Assembly: GCA_016839945.1 (NCBI GenBank) | Contig: JAEOTE010000052.1 | Location: 1 to 18,426, forward strand | From: Candidatus Heimdallarchaeota archaeon | GTDB lineage: Archaea; Asgardarchaeota; Heimdallarchaeia; Heimdallarchaeales; Heimdallarchaeaceae | Reading direction: 5' to 3' | DNA: 18,426 nt | In this document: in pieces, positions 1 to 8,679 of the stretch | Position numbering within the stretch: the first letter of the stretch is position 1 | Layout of the letters: the number at the start of each line of letters is the position of its first letter | The notes under the pieces: generated by a model | Told to the model about the DNA's origin: nothing | Database searches by the model: none | Seen by the model: the letters and a program-made list of their open reading frames with translations, nothing else | Translations under genes and position numbers: made by a program

Positions 1-243
1 AGTGTTCGTCGTGCAGTAAGATTACTTACAGAAGAAGCTATTTTATCAATACAAAGCGAGAGAAGAAAATATCCACCTTTCGGATTACATGGTGGCAATA
101 ATGGTTCCAAAGGAAGCAATATCTTGAGAACACAAAGTGAGACAATAGTACTCCCCTCTAAGGTTACTCGAAAAATAAAACGGGATGATGTTGTAGTCAT
201 TGAAACACCTGGTGGGGGTGGGTATGGTGTTAATGACGACTAG
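1..243 (+). CDS. Hydantoinase B/oxoprolinase family protein, C-terminal fragment (5' truncated by window edge)
   Basis: Frame 1 reads SVRRAVRLLTEEAILSIQSERRKYPPFGLHGGNNGSKGSN...LPSKVTRKIKRDDVVVIETPGGGGYG, stop TAG 241-243. The SER..PPFGLxGG and terminal ETPGGGGYG motifs are typical of HyuB/oxoprolinase C-termini. Not in the supplied ORF track. Confidence 0.9.
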   Translation, partial: SVRRAVRLLTEEAILSIQSERRKYPPFGLHGGNNGSKGSNILRTQSETIVLPSKVTRKIKRDDVVVIETPGGGGYGVNDD

Positions 244-422
244 CAGAATATCCCTTTCAACTACTTCATAATTGCGTAATTCTCAAGAGAAGATTCTTAT
301 ATTTTTAACGTATTATTTTAGTATTATTATTTTTTCATTCTCTGCTCTTAAGCTCTTTAAAGCTGTTTAATAGTATTTTTGATTTATAGTCAGTTTTTAA
401 TTTATCTTCACTCCACAAAAGA

Positions 423-438
423 TTTAGATATGACTAAA
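423..438. promoter_or_regulatory. Putative DtxR/MntR-family operator TTTAG-N6-CTAAA, downstream of a TATA-like box (TTTTTAA, 394-400)
   Basis: TTTAGATATGACTAAA inverted repeat with the TTAG-N6-CTAA geometry of DtxR/MntR/SirR boxes, 13 nt upstream of the ech-dtxR pair. Confidence 0.55.
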
Positions 439-451
439 AGAAGTATAGTCT

Positions 452-1243
452 ATGGTAGAAAATGATCCTTTGATTTTGATTGAAAAAGTTGGAGAGAATA
501 ATAACATAGCACTAATTACTCTTAATCGACAAAGCAAATTGAATGCTTTTAATGATGATATGCTTAATCAACTTCAAAAGAATTTCAAATCACTTAAAAA
601 AGATTCAACAGTACGAGCCATAATAATTTTTGCTGAAGGTAAAAGTTGGTGTGCAGGAGTTGATTTGAAGTGGACTGCAAATTTGGGTTGGAGATTTATT
701 AAAGCAATAAAGAAAGGACAAAAAACCTTTGCTATAATTGAAAATCAACCTGTGCCTGTCATAGCCGCAATAAATGGGTATGCAATAGGAGGAGGAATGG
801 AGCTAGCATTGTCTTGTGATATACGTATTGCAGCAGACACAGCTGTGTTTTCACAATCAGAGACAACTATAGGATTAATACCTGGATGGGGAGGAACATA
901 TCGCCTTCCAAAAGCAGTTGGCTTAAGCACTGCTAAAGATTTGATCTATACAAGTAGAAGATTCTCTGCAGAGGAAGCTCTTGAAATAAATTTCCTAAGT
1001 AAAGTTGTTCCTTTGGAAGAGCTAAAGAGTCAAGCTATAGAAATTGCTGAATCTATATCTAGAAACGCACCCATAGCAGTTAAGAAAGCAAAAAAAGCCA
1101 TTAACAAAGGAGTTTCAGCTTCTTTAAAGAGAGGTTATAGGGCAGAAAAGAAAGGGATATGGCGTTGCTTTAGAACTAAAGATATAAGAGAAGGGATAAC
1201 AGCTGTTTTTGAGAAGAGAAAACCTGAATTTAAAGGAAAATAG
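452..1243 (+). CDS. Enoyl-CoA hydratase/isomerase (crotonase) family protein
   Basis: ITLNRxxKLNA, WCAGVDL oxyanion motif, AAINGYAIGGGMELALSCD and SETTIGLIPGWGGT (both catalytic Glu present), C-terminal EKRKPEFKGK. Confidence 0.95.
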   Translation: MVENDPLILIEKVGENNNIALITLNRQSKLNAFNDDMLNQLQKNFKSLKKDSTVRAIIIFAEGKSWCAGVDLKWTANLGWRFIKAIKKGQKTFAIIENQPVPVIAAINGYAIGGGMELALSCDIRIAADTAVFSQSETTIGLIPGWGGTYRLPKAVGLSTAKDLIYTSRRFSAEEALEINFLSKVVPLEELKSQAIEIAESISRNAPIAVKKAKKAINKGVSASLKRGYRAEKKGIWRCFRTKDIREGITAVFEKRKPEFKGK

Positions 1244-1270
1244 GTTCTAGAAGGAGCTAAGAGGATTCCT

Positions 1271-2014
1271 ATGAATCAAAATGAAATTACACCTGCAGAG
1301 GAAGAATATCTAGAAACTTTCTTTTGGTTTTTTGAATATGGGAGTAAACATGTTAAGACTAATCAAATTGCAGAAATGATGAACGTGGATCCAGGTACAG
1401 TAACTTCAATGTTTAAGAAATTATCACGAAAAGGACTGATTAACTACAAACCATATTATGGTGCAGAGTTAACTACAAAAGGAGAGGAAATTGCTAGAAA
1501 AGTCGTTCGCAAACATAGATTATCCGAAAGTTTTCTTGAGTGGTTAGGTCTCCCTTGGGCAAAGATTCATGAAGAAGCTTGTAAGTGGGAACATGTATTG
1601 ACGGATGAAATTGCAGAAATGATCGAACAGAAGTTAAACCCTGAAAAAACACCTTATGGTGCAACAATACCTAAGAAAGAAGGAATCAATGCTGCAATAA
1701 CTGAGAATAAACATTTAGCTCTATTCAGTTCAGGAAAAAACATAAAGATAGTTGAAATTATCGAACGAGCTATTTCTAGACACTTCCCTCATGAAGCAAC
1801 TTTGCAAGAAATTTACGTAGAATTGGAAGACAAAGGACTAAAACCAGGCACTGAGTGGGTTATAGTATCCACCAAAGTAAGTGAAGATGCTATTGTAGAA
1901 AAATGGTCACTTTCTTATGATTTAGATATGACTTTAGAAAATAAAGAGGGAAGAAAAATAAAAGTTCCTTATTATCTAGTAAATATGATTTTAGCAAAAG
2001 AAGTCAGTCAGTAG
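1271..2014 (+). CDS. DtxR/MntR-family metal-dependent transcriptional repressor with C-terminal FeoA/SH3-like domain
   Basis: EEEYLE, HTH (IAEMMNVDPGTVTSMFKKL), YKPYYGAELTTKG, RKHRLSESFL, EEACKWEHVL metal ligands, TPYGATIP linker; GAGG RBS-like sequence upstream. Confidence 0.93.
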   Translation: MNQNEITPAEEEYLETFFWFFEYGSKHVKTNQIAEMMNVDPGTVTSMFKKLSRKGLINYKPYYGAELTTKGEEIARKVVRKHRLSESFLEWLGLPWAKIHEEACKWEHVLTDEIAEMIEQKLNPEKTPYGATIPKKEGINAAITENKHLALFSSGKNIKIVEIIERAISRHFPHEATLQEIYVELEDKGLKPGTEWVIVSTKVSEDAIVEKWSLSYDLDMTLENKEGRKIKVPYYLVNMILAKEVSQ

Positions 2015-2054
2015 TTTAGTTTTAAGGTTATTTCAGGTTATTATAATACTTCAT

Positions 2055-3395
2055 TTAGAAAGAGATTGGATTCAAAAGTGGATAATAATCAATTGATCCT
2101 GCACTGCCTTCAATATAATAATATCCTGTCTGATTCCAATCAGACCAAAAGTTCCCAACTAAAGCAATCCCATCATACCAAATATGTAAGAAACCTTCAT
2201 CTCTTGATTGTGAGAATCCTTCTAAGTTGTTATTTAAGAAATTGTTATGATGGATTTTGTTATTAGATCCAGAATTTAGATAAATTGCCCATTTTTTATT
2301 GCCTATGAAGTTATTATATGTTATATTAAGGTTAACATGATCTTGTTCAACAAATATTCCATAAGTATTATTTGAAATATTGTTAAAACAAAAAATATCA
2401 GATGTCCCACCCTCAAGATAGATGCCATATTTATTGTCATATATTGAATTATTCAAAACAGAAACATAACTACCAAACATCTGTTCATCTCTATAAAGAA
2501 AGAAACCATATCTTTCATTTTGAGTACATGTATTATTTTCAAAGATATTAGTTGATGCATGAATTACATAAATACCATCTATGTTGTTTTTACAAGTATT
2601 ATTTGTGATATTTGACCAGAGTAAATTCCCAATATGAATCCCTTTTGTAGACCCCTCGCAAAGATTGTTTGATATATTCAAATAATATCCAGAACTAACT
2701 TTAATTCCACATGATTCTTTATTATAATCGGTTGTGTTAATTATTGTACCAAAAAACCTATTGTTTGAAAAAGTACATTCAACATTGCTAGAAGAGTAGA
2801 TTCCTACTTTATTTTGATTGAAAAAATTATTAGAAATTTCATGATTTGGAGAGTTACCTATACTAACACCTGCATCATTGTACTCAAAAGTATTGTTAAT
2901 CAATATAGCTTCATTTTGACAATTTAGGATGACAATGCCATTCAAATTGTCTTTTAAAGTATTATTAGCTACAATTAATGTTCTACATTCAGTTTCCTTC
3001 AGATAAATACCAACAGAACTATGAGAATTGATGGAATTATAGCTAATATTTACTGCTCCAAGCATGAAATTTTCAATGTAAATACCATAGTTTGAAATTG
3101 AAGAAAGAATGCAATTTCTTATAGTAAAGCTTAGAGTAACATTAACTATAAAGATAGAAGGTTCATCTTTGTCTTTAATTCTATAACCTTCAATGATAAA
3201 TGGATTTGATGGTGTCCCTTCTCCTGGAAAATTATATTCAAAGAAGTGAGAATTTGAGGTTATTCTGATTGGTTTATCAACATTTTTCACTATAATTAAA
3301 ACAGGTATAAGAATAGAAGCTGTAATAACGATGATAGAAACAGATGATAATACAATCTCTTTTTTATTCATTAGATTCAGCTGTCTTAATTTCAT
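2055..3395 (-). CDS. Membrane-anchored right-handed parallel beta-helix (NosD/CASH-like) surface protein
   Basis: N-terminal hydrophobic anchor, GEGTPSNPFIIEG motif, many Asn-rich NNTxxxNxxGIxI repeats, C-terminal GNFWSDW...GSAGSIDYYPL. Confidence 0.88.
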   Translation of the reverse strand: MKLRQLNLMNKKEIVLSSVSIIVITASILIPVLIIVKNVDKPIRITSNSHFFEYNFPGEGTPSNPFIIEGYRIKDKDEPSIFIVNVTLSFTIRNCILSSISNYGIYIENFMLGAVNISYNSINSHSSVGIYLKETECRTLIVANNTLKDNLNGIVILNCQNEAILINNTFEYNDAGVSIGNSPNHEISNNFFNQNKVGIYSSSNVECTFSNNRFFGTIINTTDYNKESCGIKVSSGYYLNISNNLCEGSTKGIHIGNLLWSNITNNTCKNNIDGIYVIHASTNIFENNTCTQNERYGFFLYRDEQMFGSYVSVLNNSIYDNKYGIYLEGGTSDIFCFNNISNNTYGIFVEQDHVNLNITYNNFIGNKKWAIYLNSGSNNKIHHNNFLNNNLEGFSQSRDEGFLHIWYDGIALVGNFWSDWNQTGYYYIEGSAGSIDYYPLLNPISF

Positions 3396-3534
3396 TTTTC
3401 GAGTTTTCTATACTATGTTTGTTCTAGATTATGATTCTTGATATATAACTTTCGTCTTAAAACTGATGAAATATTTTGTAGTCCTAGAATGGCTGTAAGA
3501 AAATAGAAAAAATAGAAATTTATAAACAAGAGAA

Positions 3535-4974
3535 CTATTTTTGTTCTGTTAGTTTCCAGAGAATTCTCTTAGGCGTATCTTCTAGAGAAATTCCTGCATT
3601 CTTTAAATCATCTCTGATTTTATCACTCATTTCCCAGTTTTTCTCTTTTCGAAATTCTCCACGAATCTCGATTAGGAGTTTAATCAATTTTTCAACTGTA
3701 TCCAAAGATAAGTAGCTATTGAAATCCTCAAACAAACCAAGAACAGATCTGAATTCGTCAAAGAGCTTGTCAGCTTCTTTTATAACAGAGATATTGATAT
3801 TTTCTGCTTTTCTAAGGTATTCATTCACGTCATTGGAAAATTTGAAAATCACAGCTAAGCCATTGGATGTATTGAAATCCTCATTCATAGCTTCAATGAA
3901 ATCTTTACGAGTGTTCTTTATATTTTCATTAAGCTCTTTATCCAAATCAGATAATTCGGTTTCTTCAGCTTCTTTGGCTTCATCAGCATAATTTTTTGTT
4001 AGTAAAACAACATCAAATAGTCGGTCAACTGTTATTTGAGCTTGATCTATTGCATCTTCATTAAAGGTAATCGGACTACGATAATGTGTTTGAAGAACAA
4101 ATAATCGTACTGCATCAGCTGAATAGTATTTCAACAAATCTATAATATTAACATAATTACCTAGAGATTTACTCATTTTTTCTTGATCTATGTTGACATA
4201 ACCATTATGAAGCCAGTATCTTGCAAAAGGTTTTCCAGTAAGAGATTCAGATTGTGCAATTTCGTTTTCATGATGAGGAAAGATGAGATCTTGACCACCA
4301 CTGTGAATATCTAGAGTATCGCCCAAATAAGTCATAGACATAACTGAGCATTCCAGATTCCAACCTGGCCTCCCTTCTCCCCAAGGTGAAGGCCAATAAG
4401 GTTCCCCTGGTTTCTTTGATTTCCACAATGCAAAATCTGCAGGAAATCGTTTTTTAGGGTTTTCTGAATCTTCTGTTCCTTCTTGTAGAATATTTTCTAA
4501 TTTTTGATTTGATAGTTTGCCATAATCATCAAATTTTCTTACATCGAAGTATACATCTCCACCGCTTTCGTATGCATAATCTTTCTCAACTAACTTCTGT
4601 ATAAACTCAATCATATGGTTTATGTGAAGCATTGCGCGAGGATTGACAGTGGCATCTCTTATTTTCAAACTTGTCATATCTCTTCGAAAATACCTTAGAT
4701 ATTCTTCAGCAACTTCTAGAACAGCTCTTTTTTCATTGTTAGAAACTTCAATCATTCGATCTTCTATGTCGGTGAAATTCATTATGTATTCTACTTCGTA
4801 ACCTCTATACTCTAAATATCTACGAATTGTATCAAATGCTATTGCAGATCTAGAGTGACCTAAATGCATTAATCCGTTAACTGTAGGCCCACAGTTATAC
4901 CATTTTACAACCTTAGGTTCAATTGTTTTGAACTCTTCTAATTGCCTAGTTAGAGTGTTGTAAATCTTAATCAT
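3535..4974 (-). CDS. cysS: Cysteine--tRNA ligase (class Ia)
   Basis: IYNTLTR N-terminus, CGPTV, HLGH (HIGH), DFALWK, SPWGEGRPGW.LECS, DLIFPHHENE, KMSKSLGN, AMNEDFNT and C-terminal anticodon-binding SDKIRDDL..GI.LEDTP. Confidence 0.97.
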   Translation of the reverse strand: MIKIYNTLTRQLEEFKTIEPKVVKWYNCGPTVNGLMHLGHSRSAIAFDTIRRYLEYRGYEVEYIMNFTDIEDRMIEVSNNEKRAVLEVAEEYLRYFRRDMTSLKIRDATVNPRAMLHINHMIEFIQKLVEKDYAYESGGDVYFDVRKFDDYGKLSNQKLENILQEGTEDSENPKKRFPADFALWKSKKPGEPYWPSPWGEGRPGWNLECSVMSMTYLGDTLDIHSGGQDLIFPHHENEIAQSESLTGKPFARYWLHNGYVNIDQEKMSKSLGNYVNIIDLLKYYSADAVRLFVLQTHYRSPITFNEDAIDQAQITVDRLFDVVLLTKNYADEAKEAEETELSDLDKELNENIKNTRKDFIEAMNEDFNTSNGLAVIFKFSNDVNEYLRKAENINISVIKEADKLFDEFRSVLGLFEDFNSYLSLDTVEKLIKLLIEIRGEFRKEKNWEMSDKIRDDLKNAGISLEDTPKRILWKLTEQK

Positions 4975-5098
4975 GGGTGAACTACAAAAGTGGCTTAAAA
5001 AAGCGTTTCGCTTGAATAGAAGTTAATTTTTTTTAACTTCACGTGAAATATAATTCTAAAATGTTAAATATAGGTGCTCTAATTTTCAAAAGATTATC

Positions 5099-6088
5099 AT
5101 GAAAATACTAGTCACAGGTGGAACAAGCGGAATAGGTTATTTTACAATTGAAGAGCTTTTGAAAAAATACGATGGAAAAGAAATTTTTGCATTATATAGA
5201 TCGGAAAACCCTCAAAAAGAACTAGTTGACTTTGGGATAGAGTTTGTAAAAGGTGATTTAACAGATCAAGCTTCTCTTGATAAAGCTTGTAAAGATGTTG
5301 ATGTAGTCTATCACATCGCGGGAGATGCTAGAGAAAATTTACCAACACAAATGTATTATGATGCTAATCATATCGGTACAAAAAATTTACTTGAAGCTTT
5401 TGTTAAAAACAAGTGTAAAAAGTTCATTTTTGTTAGCTCAGTAGGAATTTATGGTTATAAGCTTCCTTCGTATCCTATTAAAGAAACTCACCCCAAGAAA
5501 GGTGACAATGCATATCAAACCAGCAAGTGGCTTGCTGAACAAGAGGTATTCAAGTATTCAAAGAAACATGGTTTCTTTGCTACTGCTCTAAGACCTAATT
5601 ACATTCTTGGTCCAAAAGATAGACAATTAGCTCCTAAGTTATTCGAGTATATATTGAAAGATAAAACCATTCCTTTAATTAGGGATGGGAAAGCAATTAT
5701 GTCACTGGTTCATCATAAAGATTTGGCAAGAGCTTTAGTTATGTGCGGTGATGTAGAAAAAGCAGACGGTGAGGCTTTCAATATTGTAGGGTCAACTACA
5801 ACTGTCAAAGCGGTTTTTGAAAAAATAGGAGTAATATGTGGAAAGAAACCTAATTTCAAGCGTATAAATTATCAGTTAGCTTATACTGTTGGTCTTCTTG
5901 GTGAAGCAATTGGAAAAATCTCAGGAAAAGAGCCATCAATTACTAGAAGAAGAGTAACAAGATTTGTTGCATCCAGACAATATGATTCCTCTAAATTGGA
6001 GGAATTAGTTGGATTTAAACCTGAATATGATCTGCAAAAAACTCTTGAGGATGCATATGAGTGGTTACAAGAGGCTAAACTAGTGTGA
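5099..6088 (+). CDS. NAD-dependent epimerase/dehydratase (extended SDR, 3-beta-HSD-like)
   Basis: ILVTGGTSGIG Rossmann motif, GDLTD, N.IGTKNLL, FVSSVGIYG, YQTSK catalytic YxxxK, LRPNYILGP. Confidence 0.92.
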   Translation: MKILVTGGTSGIGYFTIEELLKKYDGKEIFALYRSENPQKELVDFGIEFVKGDLTDQASLDKACKDVDVVYHIAGDARENLPTQMYYDANHIGTKNLLEAFVKNKCKKFIFVSSVGIYGYKLPSYPIKETHPKKGDNAYQTSKWLAEQEVFKYSKKHGFFATALRPNYILGPKDRQLAPKLFEYILKDKTIPLIRDGKAIMSLVHHKDLARALVMCGDVEKADGEAFNIVGSTTTVKAVFEKIGVICGKKPNFKRINYQLAYTVGLLGEAIGKISGKEPSITRRRVTRFVASRQYDSSKLEELVGFKPEYDLQKTLEDAYEWLQEAKLV

Positions 6089-7122
6089 AAAAGCTAAAAA
6101 TTGATAAAAAATATCTTAGTATAATTCAGAATATACTTGCAGTTGCCATTACTATTGGACTAATTCTTTATCTTATTTTTAGATTCAATCCCACAGAAAT
6201 AATAGCAGCAATAACTAAAATTAGTGTTTGGTCTATAATAATTGCAATATCTATTATGTTAACACTATTTATTCTAAAAATTCTTAGATGGCACTATATT
6301 TTACATAATCTAGATATCAAAATTAGTATCCTCAAAACAACAGAGTTAGTTTTAATTGGTGCTTTTGGTGCATCCATAACTCCTGCTAAGATAGGCGATG
6401 TGGTTCGAGCATATTATTTGTCAAAATGGACTGGAACAAAAGAGACTACAAGTTTTTTCAGTGCGATCTTAGATAGGGTAGTAGATTTAATTTGCATTGG
6501 CTTTTTTGCATTGTTAGCAATACCTTTCTTTGTAACTCAACTTGAAGGTGTAACTAGGTGGTCTCTTGCAGCCGGTTTGATTTTGATTTTTGCATTCACA
6601 ATGTTAATGTTTAACTCTCATATTATAAGAAAAATAGTAACATTATTAGTAAAAATACGTAATAGAAAGGAAAGAAGTAAGCAAGAAATTGTTGAAGAAA
6701 ATGATGTAGTACTAGATGACTCTAGGCCTGTTAAAATTATAAATGAATACTATTCCAATCTAACATTTTTCAAAGCAAGAAATTACTTATTATTAATAAT
6801 TCTAACTTTTCTGTTTTGGATGCTTTTAGGGCTGCAGGTTAGCGTTCTTATTAGTTCAATGGCAGAAACACAACTAACCTTTCAATCTCTTCTTACAATT
6901 ACTGGAATCATGTCTATTGCAGCAATTGTGTCTCTAGTGCCAATAAGTATTAGCGGAATAGGAATAAGAGACGCTACTATCACCTTATTAGCTTTTTATA
7001 GCTTGCAGATAGGAACTGAAATTGCATTTAGTGCATCTTTGATTCAAACAACACTTAACATGCTTATTCCAGGGATAATAGGAGGTATTATCTTACTTTT
7101 CAGAAGGAGAAGAAAAAAATAA
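6085..7122 (+). CDS. UPF0104/lysylphosphatidylglycerol synthase TM-domain (flippase-like) membrane protein
   Basis: Multi-TM protein with LRW, ITPAKIGDVVRAYYL, DRVVD, PISISGIGIRD motifs; GTGA overlap with upstream stop suggests translational coupling. Confidence 0.9.
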   Translation: MKKLKIDKKYLSIIQNILAVAITIGLILYLIFRFNPTEIIAAITKISVWSIIIAISIMLTLFILKILRWHYILHNLDIKISILKTTELVLIGAFGASITPAKIGDVVRAYYLSKWTGTKETTSFFSAILDRVVDLICIGFFALLAIPFFVTQLEGVTRWSLAAGLILIFAFTMLMFNSHIIRKIVTLLVKIRNRKERSKQEIVEENDVVLDDSRPVKIINEYYSNLTFFKARNYLLLIILTFLFWMLLGLQVSVLISSMAETQLTFQSLLTITGIMSIAAIVSLVPISISGIGIRDATITLLAFYSLQIGTEIAFSASLIQTTLNMLIPGIIGGIILLFRRRRKK

Positions 7123-7124
7123 TT

Positions 7125-8072
7125 TTACTTCTTTTTTTCTTCATACTTGAATACTTTCTTTATACTATATAGATCTGTTTTTGTTATACGCTTACGTACT
7201 ATTAATTCTGATAGAAATCCCATAAAGAAGAGTTGAACTCCACCTAAACCAAGTAAGATTGTCAGTAGTAATGGTCCAACACTCATATTCTGACTATAAG
7301 CATATTTCATAACTAACAGATAAGTTCCCAAACCTAGAGCTATCATTATAGATAAAATTCCCATTTTAAAGAAAAATCGCATTGGACGTTGACCATGAGT
7401 ATGATGGAATCTAACATTAAACAAATCCGCAAGCCCTACAAAAATCCTCCTCAAACCATATTTTGCTTTTCCTTTCAAACGTGGTCTGTGGTTAACTTTA
7501 ACTTCTGTTATACTAAATCCCCTATTCTGTAGTATTGCAGGCAAATATCTATGATCCCCTCCAAGGAGAATAATGTCTTCGACTACTTCTTTACGGTAGA
7601 CTCTTAAAGCACAATCACTATCGTGGATTTTTAAGCGATTAATATTACGATTAAGAAAATTGTAAATTCTTGAAGGAACTTTTTTCAGAATAAAAGAATC
7701 TTTACGTTTGTAACGCCATCCGCAAACCACATCATAATCTTTTAGCTCTTCGATGAGTGATGGAATGTTGTGGGGATCGTCCTGACCGTCACCATCTAAA
7801 GTGATGACTATCTCGCCTTTTACAGATTGAAAACCTGCAGTGAGAGCTGAACTCTTTCCAAATCGTCGTCGAAACTGAATAACCTTAAGATTTTTTTCAC
7901 CTTGTTCAATAATAGAGAGGAGATTTGAAAGTGTATTATCTGTAGAACCATCACTAACAAAAATTATTTCAAATTCTTTTGAAAGCTTTGTAAGGACTTC
8001 TTTCAATTCTGTGTATAAAGGTATAACATTACCCTCTTCATTAAAAACAGGGATTACAACGGAGTACATCAT
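7125..8072 (-). CDS. GT2 polyprenol/dolichol-phosphate glycosyltransferase (ArnC/GtrB/DPM1-like)
   Basis: SVVIPVFNEE, VSDGSTD, FRRRFGKSSALTAG, TLDGDGQDDP DxD motif, HRYLP, HRPR..GKAKY, two C-terminal TM helices. Start 8072 or 8069. Confidence 0.94.
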   Translation of the reverse strand: MMYSVVIPVFNEEGNVIPLYTELKEVLTKLSKEFEIIFVSDGSTDNTLSNLLSIIEQGEKNLKVIQFRRRFGKSSALTAGFQSVKGEIVITLDGDGQDDPHNIPSLIEELKDYDVVCGWRYKRKDSFILKKVPSRIYNFLNRNINRLKIHDSDCALRVYRKEVVEDIILLGGDHRYLPAILQNRGFSITEVKVNHRPRLKGKAKYGLRRIFVGLADLFNVRFHHTHGQRPMRFFFKMGILSIMIALGLGTYLLVMKYAYSQNMSVGPLLLTILLGLGGVQLFFMGFLSELIVRKRITKTDLYSIKKVFKYEEKKK

Positions 8073-8136
8073 ATCTAATTGTTATTTCATTAACATAAGA
8101 AAAGTCTTTCCAAGAAGTATTATTATGGTTTAAAAA

Positions 8137-8212
8137 TGGTGGACTGGTCGGGACTTGAACCCGAGGCCTTCTCGGTGCAAGCGAGACGATCTTCCAACTG
8201 ATCTACCAGCCC
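8137..8212 (-). tRNA. tRNA-Ala (anticodon TGC)
   Basis: Reverse complement GGGCTGGTAGATCAGTTGGAAGATCGTCTCGCTTGCACCGAGAAGGCCTCGGGTTCAAGTCCCGACCAGTCCACCA folds as a cloverleaf; G3:U70 Ala identity pair; encoded CCA; no intron. Confidence 0.98.
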
Positions 8213-8249
8213 TGTCAAAACTGTCTAACTGTCTTCTTTTCTTCCTTTT

Positions 8250-8261
8250 TTTAAAGTTTCG
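8250..8261 (-). promoter_or_regulatory. BRE-TATA promoter of tRNA-Ala
   Basis: Minus strand reads CGAAAC-TTTAAA about 40 nt upstream of the mature tRNA 5' end. Confidence 0.6.
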
Positions 8262-8304
8262 ATACGCAAACTCTTTTTTTATTCATTCCCAAAAAAGTTA
8301 TTTA

Positions 8305-8679
8305 TTCATTTCCACTGGAAATTGCTCAAAAGAAAAATGAAGAGAAATTAAGATTTTTCTAATTGACAAAACAATAGTAAAAAAGACTGTAATCATTGTT
8401 TATATCTATTAGACATTATTTTATGTAAAAATAATATTCCTTTGTGCTTCAAATCTTATTGATATTGCTTGTGTATTACACTGACCGACAAAAATGGTCT
8501 TCTAGACTTCCGACAAAAAAGGTAAAACTTCAAAATTTTTTCTAACTCCCTCAAAACAGCCCCTCCCCTATGTTTCCTATGGAAAATACGATTTTCAAGG
8601 TATAGAGGCCCTCTAACGTTAAATTACAAAGCACATCAATTTTTCATATTATTTATTAAATTTCTAGTGGAAAAATAAA
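8305..8679. other. Candidate archaeal replication origin: ORB-like boxes with AT-rich spacers
   Basis: Minus TTTCCAGTGGAAATGAA (8305-8321); minus TTTTCCATAGGAAACATAGGGGAGGGG with G-string (8560-8586); plus TTTCTAGTGGAAAAATAAA (8661-8679); all within the longest non-coding gap in the window. Confidence 0.6.
8485..8523 (+). repeat. 14-bp direct repeat CCGACAAAAA(T/A)GGT x2
   Basis: 8485-8498 ccgacaaaaatggt and 8510-8523 ccgacaaaaaaggt; 13/14 identical, 25-bp period. Confidence 0.75.

Noticed and set aside
430-465. Short out-of-frame uORF (MTKRSIVYGRK) overlapping the ech start
   Set aside because: 11 codons with no supporting evidence; its ATG lies within the putative DtxR operator and is likely incidental.
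1241-1270. TAG readthrough (pyrrolysine-like) fusing enoyl-CoA hydratase to DtxR: same frame, nine sense codons between them
   Set aside because: The hydratase ends at its normal family C-terminus (KPEFKGK), dtxR has its own GAGG RBS and ATG, and other TAG stops in the window fall at natural ends; the in-frame spacing is plausibly chance.
8155-8340. 61-aa ORF from the track
   Set aside because: Antisense to tRNA-Ala and its promoter; no protein features.
8485-8523. CRISPR mini-array
   Set aside because: Only two 14-bp units with an 11-bp gap; too short for repeat-spacer structure and no cas genes are present.
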